From Botryllus schlosseri (lineage: Eukaryota): a stretch of DNA of 33,000 bases. The notes beneath the pieces were generated by a model. The model ran no database searches and was not told the origin of the DNA. It saw only the letters and a program-made list of their open reading frames with translations. The stretch lies in the NCBI GenBank assembly GCA_051294905.1, contig CM119386.1, forward strand, positions 12,152,001 through 12,185,000, in the 5' to 3' direction. Position numbers and translations under genes: made by a program. This document shows positions 24,449 to 33,000 of this stretch, piece after piece. Position 1 is the stretch's first letter. Every line of letters starts with the position of its first letter.

Positions 24449-24639
24449 GAGGCTAGCGCGTGTCACGAATAATGCGCGCGCGAACAAAATCCAAGCCTTC
24501 GCTGTTGGCATCGCTGAATACGAGATGGAGGAATTGCTGATGATTGCCGGAGACCCGAGTCGGGTTTTTACCGAGAAGAACTTCGAGAATTTGTCAAATA
24601 CAATAACAAAACTGCAAGTGCGAATACGCGCGCTAGAAG
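24449..24639 (+). CDS. Cassette B alphaI exon 4
   Basis: RLARVTNNARANKIQAFAVGIA...ELLMIAGDPSRVFTEKNF...RIRALEG; phase 2 to 1. Confidence 0.96.
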
Positions 24640-25335
24640 GTAGGATTTTGTTTGGAATGTATGGAGTGGATGTCATGCGTTTGTTCCCACATTCATCGCC
24701 GAAAGACAAATTGCATAAAAAGGGTAACAATCGATTGCAGCTGCGGCACTGATTATGAACATATGGATTTTATTCTGCTCGTGATCCCGGAACCCTCCTA
24801 AATCATCCTCGTATTTTGTAATTTCGCATTGTTACGGAGTGTGACATTGTGCCGCATCAATGCCGTCTGAGATGACGATGGCGCAGCTCAGGCAAGTCAG
24901 CAGGAGCGCAAATCGCAAGCGTAATGACCATTGTTAGTAACTTATTGAGCATCGAGCATGAGCACTCACAATCTCACTCTCGCAGAAGAGGGCATTTTTG
25001 CGTCACAATCCGAACGCCGTAACAATGCAAAATTCCAGGATGATTTTGCAAAGTTCCAGGATCGCGACAGCTTTCGATTAACACCCGTTTCATCAAATTT
25101 AGCGCTCAGCAAGCCAGACTAAATATTAATTGCCTTTGGTCGAATGGTGAGAATGACGTAACCCTGTCGCAATGAGCCGTGCTATTTGCTTGTGCCCACA
25201 CCACTGCAGGACACTATGGTCAAGGTATAGATTGCTAACCTACGGTTCGTAATCCTTATAATCAGAGTCAACGCAGAGCAAACATAAACGTCGACCGGAA
25301 CACCGTAATTGATGATGCCGTATATATATTTACAG

Positions 25336-25421
25336 GAGGTAACACATTCAGTCAAAACCTAACCAACGCAGGCCTGGACCACTGTGGTATCGGAAGTTCC
25401 GTCGAGTTCGATAGTAAAGAG
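25336..25421 (+). CDS. Cassette B post-I exon (start of blade 3)
   Basis: G-GNTFSQNLTNAGLDHCGIGSSVEFDSKE shares LxxCxxGxS with 12589-12659. Phase 1 to 0; donor GTAAGG. Confidence 0.87.
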
Positions 25422-26072
25422 GTAAGGGACTGTTCACAATAAGTTGGTGCGTTGAACGTGAGATATTTGGTGATGAGTGGTTTGTGAGTGGATGTGTGAC
25501 GCAGCTGCATAATCACATCCTGCAGGATAGGGTTACAGTATGACGAACGGTACGGAGGGTAAGTCACCACGGTTTTACTCCTCGTGTATGACGGTCTGAA
25601 TAGGGAATTGCAGGAACATCTTTTCTGATACGTTCCGATCAGTTTCATCACGAAGAACTAGAATAGCAACGTGCACATCTTGGTAGGTTGGTTTTGACTT
25701 TCCTATAGCAGTCGGCTTCATTCGACATCGTGTCAATGCAGTCCGAACGATAAAATACCGACAGGGATCGCAGTTTAAATACGACCATATGTAAAGAACT
25801 CCTGATCTAGCGTTTGGCAGTACTCTCAATTTGTAGCCTGACCACGGGGACTTTCCCCATGAACTTACGGCACACGTGAAAAGAGGGAGAGAGAGAGAGA
25901 TTTTTATTGCTTCATTAACCGGAACATTAACAACAGAAAAATTGAAGACTTGAAAACAATAATGCATTCACAATGATATAGGTGACTGTGCGTGTTTCTT
26001 TCTGTCTAACAGTACAGACGGATGCCGGGAACAGTTGATGAGGGGAGTCAATATAAAGCATTACATATATAG

Positions 26073-26092
26073 GTGTGTGTGTGTGTGTGTGT
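26073..26092. repeat. (GT)10 microsatellite; a (GA)n run also lies at about 25886-25900
   Basis: Read directly from the sequence. Confidence 0.9.
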
Positions 26093-26421
26093 ATGTGTAT
26101 TTTCTGAGTAGGACGTTTGGTAAAAAGATTTAAAGTGAATCCACCGGTCTAGCAAAGGTATTAATGTAATCTATAAGCAGTAGACGTCAGGGATATCTAT
26201 AACTATATATCTTCCTGGCAGTACGTAACTGTGGCAACTCCAATTACGCTATCCTATCAAATGTATGGTAAGTTAACGTTACTGAAATATTGATATATTT
26301 CCATACGAAAGTAGACCAAGCTTTCGCGTGGTAGAGTAGGCCACTGTACAAAGTACCGCGGAAACATACTGACAGAAGTCATTTCTATGTTTACTTGATG
26401 AAATGAGAACGTGTTAGTGAT

Positions 26422-26565
26422 TTATGCAGGTTGATTTGACGGAGCAGTGTTTTCGTACAGCTCGCTTTCGGCCTCGTTGCTGGCAGCACCTTCTTCTTTC
26501 ACGAGTTGTTCGCTCGACTGGTGTTGCTGTAGCTTTGTGCGGTAATTATTTTCAAAAAATCCCGC
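26422..26565 (-). CDS. Minus-strand integrin alpha, last exon (cytoplasmic tail)
   Basis: ggtctcctttcag|AGFFENNYRTKLQQ...SELYENTAPSNQPA*. GFF follows LWK at the usual phase-0 junction. Candidate AATAAA on the - strand at 25903-25908. Confidence 0.92.
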   Translation of the reverse strand, partial: AGFFENNYRTKLQQHQSSEQLVKEEGAASNEAESELYENTAPSNQPA

Positions 26566-26899
26566 CTGAAAGGAGACCATCTAATTTTAATAAGAGCCAT
26601 AAGGGATAAGCGACACAAATATAAGCAAATATTAACATTATGTGATCTAGTTAGTCAATGGCGAATTTTCACTGATGATTTCCATTTCGTGTATCTTGGA
26701 TGATTTCGGATTCGCTGATATCTAATTCTTGAAAGTACAGACCATGGTTTTTAGTACAGATTATGGTTTTGGGCTCACACGAATTTGAAATCTGAAATTT
26801 GAAAATTTGAAATCTGAAAATCAGTTCAGAAGGCCATTGACACTTTTCCATCACGCGGTAGCCTGATAGACCTCAAAAATTTTGCATACAATGCCTTAC

Positions 26900-27028
26900 C
26901 TTCCACAATATTAGCGTCAGCAGACAAATGACGAGGAATCCAACGGCCGCAGCAACGATAACGAAAGTTAACTCGCCTGTTGTCTCCGTCTCCCTGATTG
27001 GAATATATTTTTGAACTTGCACAATAAT
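26900..27028 (-). CDS. Minus-strand integrin alpha, transmembrane exon
   Basis: IIVQVQKYIPIRETETTGELTFVIVAAAVGFLVICLLTLILWK; tttcctcgcag|...|GTAAGG, phase 0 to 0. Confidence 0.94.
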
Positions 27029-27364
27029 CTGCGAGGAAACATCAAGTCAGACGTAAGTGTCAGAGCCGAACATGTTCAGCGCGGAAGGGCAACTCTATTG
27101 TATATTAGGTCCTGCTAATTGGGATGACGTTTCCAGTCTAACTACGAATCTACATGTACTATCCATCGTACGTGAAGATATCCCGTTTGGGATACGAGGA
27201 ATTAAAGTTTTTTCTCAATGGACAAGGCGTGGTTTTATCATCCGATAATGATTGTGTTTTAATGAATTGCGTCTTTTCATCTTTTATCTTTATGCATATT
27301 AAAAATAAATCTTGTCGGTGTCAATGCAGAGTTGAACTTGCACTAATCGGCCTAAATTGCTTAC

Positions 27365-27469
27365 TTCGTCCTCGTCAAACATCCGTTCCCCATGCTCACT
27401 ATATAAATTATCAGGAGTCTCGATTGACGCGATTGAAAGTCGTGACCTCAAATTTAGGAAGGTCCTGTT
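27365..27469 (-). CDS. Minus-strand integrin alpha, calf-2 C-terminal exon
   Basis: NRTFLNLRSRLSIASIETPDNLYSEHGERMFDEDE; tttttattcag|...|GTAAGC, phase 0 to 0. Confidence 0.85.
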
Positions 27470-27610
27470 CTGAATAAAAACAGATATTTCCATTCATTAT
27501 TCGCTCGAAATACACATTAATACGCTTTGCGACAATTGATAGCCTATAAATACGCTTTTCAAAAATTGATCGCCTATCGATATGCATATCACGAGTGTAA
27601 TTCAACTCAC

Positions 27611-27748
27611 GGTCTGTTGGAATGTAACACTGGAGCTCCACAGCCTGAAGTGCGCTACGAATGAGAGCTCCCTCGTCAATCCGAGATTTGCAACTTCGCA
27701 TTTCAATTCTGCGCAACTATGGTTGGTCTCAAATGCGCCGTTACAGTT
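27611..27748 (-). CDS. Minus-strand integrin alpha, calf-2 exon
   Basis: NCNGAFETNHSCAELKCEVANL...FRLWSSSV has the C..CxxxxC...LWxS calf-2 pattern. tacttttag|...|GTGAGT. Confidence 0.9.
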
Positions 27749-28002
27749 CTAAAAGTAGCAATATTCAGTGGATATGCAAGCATGTTTTTATGCTTTGTGC
27801 AACGCAAATCGCTGGGTGCTTCTATGTGTTCGTTTATCCTGTCAATATAAGTATAGGCCAACTTCCTCGGCGTCTTTGGCATATTTGATCCAACCGTGAT
27901 GATTATCGAGGAAATGCACACGATATTGATAGCACCAATAGATCACTTTCTCTCGACTTGGAACTTCTTTTCCGGTCGATCTTAGTCCATAGCGATTATA
28001 AG

Positions 28003-29200
28003 CAGAGGTGGTCAGTAACGAAGTAGGCTACTTCTACTTTTTCGAAGTACTCAAGTAGTTTTCCTCTACTTTTGGTACTTACTCAGGTAGATCTGATTTT
28101 CGCTACTTCTACTTAGTAATATTTTGTGATCTACTTACTTACTTTTCGCTATTTTCAGTTTGTCAAGTAGAAGTAGTTTAATCCTCCAATCGGGAAGATA
28201 GCCTGAGGAATTTCGGGGCTGTTTTCACGGAGCATCAACATTTCATGTTCATAAAATTTGAGTAAAGCCCAGAATTTTCGTTGCGCGTCGCGCGCAGTGG
28301 CTATGAAGTATAGCCAATATGATTTCACTATGGTATCTGTGAATATAATTTAGGTAGCCGGTTGGCGTGGTTCCGTTCACACCGCGTTGTCGCCCTTCGC
28401 CATATCAAATTTTTCATCACAGTATATAATATTATAGCTCATCATAACGTTTGAAACTGATGTTTCGCAATCTAGCATTTATGCCTACTTATCAAATCGT
28501 AATCTAGCAGTCCATGGCGTGCCCTAATCTGGACCATGAAATACATGTTCCGGTTTTAGATATAGTATTTATATTTCACTTTCAATTCCCGTGAGTTCTA
28601 ATTAATATCAGTTCTTTTGTCTGGATAACATACATGTTGAAGTATAAAAACAAGTGTGGTAATGCCTTTAATTTCCGGAAAAAAGCTACACAATATGGCA
28701 TTTTTACGACCCACCATATTTTTTATTAATGTTTACTAATTGCGCCAAGTCTTTACACCGTATCCTACAACTTCTCCGTATTGCTCTTCGATGGGGGAGG
28801 GCGCCATATACCATGATATTTTCTAAAACGTGCTGTCCGAGTAAACAGAGGATTAGTATCGCATTTCCATATCAATACTATTTTTTTCATCCCATGATGC
28901 GGACGAATTCTTATGCAGTCGAAAATTGGATACCTTCTGGTATGCAACAATAAGAATCAAGCTCTGCACCTTTCGCATAGCTCAATTTGCACCTTTTGAC
29001 AATCCATGTGAACGAATTACGATCGTTTTCACAACTACTTACTTACTTGAGTAGATTTAAAGTCAGTCAATTCTGCTTCTACTTCAAGTAGTTTTAGGTT
29101 GCTTCTGGAAGAAGTACTTTTACTCGTACTTGAGTAGATGTTTTCGTCACTACTTCTACTTCTACTTGTGTAGCTTTCTGGACTACTTTGACCACATCTG
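28003..29200. mobile_element. Non-autonomous hAT-like element with (AAGTAG/CTACTT)n arrays
   Basis: TIRs CAGAGGTGGTCA / TGACCACATCTG (1 mismatch). TATAAG abuts both ends (imperfect TSD). CTACTT/AAGTAG arrays lie at both ends. Confidence 0.8.
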
Positions 29201-31430
29201 TATAAGCGCATAGAAATATCAGATTCTTCCCATCAAGGCTAAATTCCCCAACTGGTTACAATTTAGGCTTATAGTGTTATAGATCAGAAACGTTGAGTAT
29301 ACAATTTGGGATTGAGTGCAGTAGCCGTGTTGCTTGGAACGACACTATTCTCCAGTATTTTACTGGGACTGATATGACTTGCAAAGTAGTACAGACGTAT
29401 TTAACTTTAAAAGAATATTTGTACGATATTGTGGTCGTACCAGTGTCACTTGATTCATTTGAAACTTGCGAGAAGCAAATCATGGCTTTACACGCAGGTA
29501 TACTAGACTGACACGATATGGGTTATCGAATGATGCGTCAGAGCTCGTACATCTGCGGCATTATTACTATATCTTCTGAAACAGGGATTATCCTCATTTT
29601 TCTCAGTCCGCCCTCATCATGTTTTGAGTATTAGGCTACGATTCAGAGACGACGAAAAACGGTCAAATTGCTACAAAGTACACGTGGAAATCGACTTTTT
29701 CTGGAACTGCCGCGGAGGTTGTCTAAAAATAGGTTAACCGAACGGGAATTGTCCATGGAAACCCGCATGTAAGTTACCGACGTGGATGGCTGACTTTATT
29801 TATCTTTTCAGTAGTCAACTAAACTAACTGGATGGTCATCTTTATGTGTATAAATGTCCCATATTTATTTATCTTATTGTAAGTTGAAAAAAGTACCCTC
29901 TTCTTCGGTTCTTAAAATATGGTCACCCTATCCGAAACCTCTTCGGACTCCGAGGTGAGGTTCATAATTGTGCCCAGTTAACCTATGATTCGTCTGGACT
30001 CAATAGTGGAAAGTCAATGGTGCTTTAATAATAATAATTTATTATTCCTACCAATTCATCAGCGTCGATTGGTTCCGTGGCTGGCGTTATCGTATAAGAT
30101 GTTTGATTCGTGTCATTACCAGCCAATGGCTGGATCGGTAACTGATATGGATTAACCTTTGATTTATCGCACGAACACGAAACCTGTAGTGCAAAGATGA
30201 TGTATCATTAAAACAATTCAACGTGGCTGAAAAATGAAATAAGCATGCAAAATTTGACGTTTCTAACCCTAACTAAATCTTACCCCAGCGTCGATGGGCG
30301 AACACTCGACATCGTACAGATATAAAAGAGGATTGTTGTCATGTATCAACCACGGCCATTGGAAGCTCATCACGCTTTTCGACACAGCTGCATATCCAGA
30401 TTTGATCTATTGAAACATGGAATCTGGTGAATAGGAACCATGATTTACTTACATTATACCAAGGACACAACACCTACGTTGTGTGCTTGTACTTGGCTAA
30501 TTTATTACTGTACATTTGCACACGCACATTACGCATCCATAACATCCAAGATATTAAACGCCGGTTGGGAAAATACGCGATTGTAAAAAAAACAGCTTTA
30601 TAAATATTAGTATACCTTTTAGTGTATGTAAGTAGCCCATAACTCAATGTTTATCTACTTTATTTTACCTTGAATCTCATAGAGATATCGGATGAATTTC
30701 CTCCAATATTCGATACACTGCTGATGTTATTGTATATATTGGTCGAATTTATTGTAACTCTCGCGTCACTGCTTTGCCTTTGAAGGAATCAAAATATCAG
30801 TAAACATCTCCATATACCTACATTAGAGTCCTTTAACAAAATGTTACAAAGCAACTGACTTTTGTACATCCAAATATGATACATATCGGATTGGCCTCTC
30901 CCCGTACCAAGCGTTGTTTTCTGGATTGATTTCTTGCGAGTATGGTGAACTGGAGTCGTCACAGCATGAAAGAGGAAATAGATTTGCATCGGGACAGCGT
31001 TGTGGTGGTAAGCAGAAAGTCTAACAAATGGCTAAACTACATTTCATGTAAAATTATAGCGGTAGAAGCAACCGAACAGTAGGTACACGAAAGATCCTTT
31101 TACCAAGCATATCTGATTTTAGAAACATTTAAAAACCTGCTCATATATATGGCTGGAAGTAAGGCGTTTGTATTTGGAGAGGGTACTGAATACGTCGATA
31201 CCACATTTTTTAGCCTTCCTGTGCTGGTTCACGAAAACCGATGCTACTCAGCCCCTGGTTTGTATGCCCATAAGGACCTATTCACATTGGCATAGAAGTG
31301 TAAGCAAAACAATATACCAGAAACTGTCGTTTATCTAATTTGCACCCTGTGCTATATGTTGGAATTCGGTGAAGTACAGGATTTTCTTTAACATTGTACC
31401 TACCAACTTCTTATAAAAGTACATGTGTAC

Positions 31431-33000
31431 CAGAGTTGGATCAATTACATTATTTCAGTGTAATTACAATTACAATTACAATTACTTTCATGCATGTTTC
31501 AATTACATTACAATTACAATTACTCCATGCTAAAAATATCAAATTACAATTCAAATTACAATTACTCCTTGCATGCTTCAATTACATTACAATTACAATT
31601 ACAATTGCTGCTGTTGAACATGTAATTGAATAATCATAAATTCAACCGTGCTCCTTGACAACCGTAGCGTCGTAATTAACAACAATTCAAGTATTCATGT
31701 TTCATTCATGATGCGCAAATACCCGTTAATTATTAAAAAGAAAAAACGTTTTCGAACTATATGCAGTATGTCGTTGAAAAAAGTATTATAATATATGCAA
31801 GTGTTGGATTTGCGTATATAGTATATAATTAAAGAAATAATATCATTTTTATCGAGGGACGTAGGAATTAGGATGAGGAGTAAAAACAGAACCGTGCTTT
31901 GTCAGATAAGACGTTATATAATATCCAGTGATCTGGTTAGTTAGCTAGACGAAGTAACGATGCAGCATCGTGATCTGAAATCGTATTGTAGATTGCCAAC
32001 CCACTGATAGATGCGCAAGATGTGAGTCACGGATGAATGCACCGACAAACGTACTGCAGAGCCGCCTAAAAGCAGCAAACCTTGTAGTCCTAGATCTGGC
32101 GATCCAAGCGTCTAAATTTGATGCATCTGGTCTTTATCGTACGCTATCGATGCACTAATTCCGAAAATACAAATTAAAATCTCGTCAGGGCAATGTAACT
32201 GCTCCAAAATAGCCGTTTAAGGCCGACTGTTTTGAAAAGTGAGAGCGCCGCAGCAGCATGACCACAACAATGATCAATTACGCCCAGCTCCTCCTCGCCA
32301 CTTCATCCGCGTCAGCGGTGTCTTACAAAAAGCCTAGAGGTGGGCCGTGCTATAAGTCGGCAGTTACGGAAAATAACAAGAATATCGGCCTGGTGTAAAT
32401 GACCATAGTAGTCGAAAAACACCATGAATACCCCAAAAACAAACAAACAAACAAATTACGCCCAGCGATTGTTCAGAACAATGCCGATTCCCAGACTTTC
32501 ACGACTATTTTGGGATGGTACCATTGCCTGGAAATATACTTTTATTGCGGAATCAGTGCGACACTAGCTTCCGATTAGGACCATACATATCAAATTTCGA
32601 CGCTTGGATCGCCAGCTATGGGACTATCAATTCTGCTGCTTTTAGCCGGCTCAGCAGTTCGCTTCTCGGCGTATTCAATCGTGAGTCGCGTGTTGAGAAT
32701 CCATCCGTTGGTTAGTAAGCTAATAATTGTATACAATGGCAGCCGAGGCCAGCATAGCGGTAAAAATAAAAAAAACTTCGCCCGCAAGGGCGCAGTCAAG
32801 GACTTCCGCAAATGGATCCATCAAATTCCTTGTCGACATTTAAAGAGAATGCATTATAAGTCAATTATTTTATGTTGTGCTTGTCAGGTCTCAATAGCAA
32901 TTTAATGTAATTGAAATTGTAATTGAGCAAAATTTTTGGCAAATTACAATTACAATTACAATTACACAAAATAAAAATGCTTCAATTACAATTACATTGA
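31431..33000 (+). mobile_element. (CAATTA)n family element, copy 2 (runs off the window end)
   Basis: Starts CAGAGTTGGATCAATT and is colinear and highly similar to 4347-5922 in the same orientation. Confidence 0.92.
32289..32453 (+). mobile_element. 165-bp 5'-truncated retroposed insertion (SINE/LINE 3' end)
   Basis: Absent from copy 1 of the host element. Flanked by a 13-bp direct repeat AATTACGCCCAGC (32276-32288, 32454-32466) and ends in an (AAAC)n tail. Confidence 0.88.

Noticed and set aside
9418-24639. vWA exons as part of a collagen, matrilin or cochlin-like matrix gene
   Set aside because: They are flanked by integrin-specific motifs (FNxET, FGYS, CxP...GxC, LEG, CQAG) in the right order and phase.
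27860-28002. Minus-strand frame VHFLDNHHGWIKY resembling WWE/PWWP motifs
   Set aside because: Lies in an integrin intron, lacks a good acceptor, stops soon after, and the similarity is a few residues.
29293-29511. + ORF with ILQYFTG...VPVSLDSFE resembling a HECT C-lobe
   Set aside because: Motif spacing is incompatible with HECT and there is no splice support.
31214-31299. SAPGLYAHK as the missing + strand blade-3 exon for cassette B
   Set aside because: Wrong phase, needs a 2-nt insertion and still meets a TAG before the donor.

Overview
Animal (not prokaryotic) genomic DNA, AT-rich, with spliceosomal introns; probably a tunicate (inference from the gene family, intron sizes and divergence). 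Almost all ORFs in the supplied track are spurious; the coding content only appears when exons are joined by hand. The window is an integrin-alpha cluster. (1) Cassette A (+, 2207-12659): signal peptide, FNxET N-terminus, propeller blades 1-2 (partly damaged), a four-exon alphaI/vWA domain and the first post-I exon (CQAGISS). (2) Cassette B (+, 14787-25421): a second paralogous unit of the same span; nine exons splice into one open 392-codon frame. (3) The 3' end of an integrin-alpha gene on the - strand (calf-2, TM helix, GFFEN tail; 27748 to 26422), whose stop lies about 1 kb from the last firm exon of B. A and B both end at the same phase-0 junction, and I found no + strand exons for blades 3-7, leg, TM or tail after either. 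This suggests variable ligand-binding 5' cassettes sharing a distant constant region, truncated secreted forms, or an inversion. Introns hold non-autonomous hAT-like elements, a tRNA-derived SINE and a short retroposed insertion. All alignments were done by eye; no database search was run.
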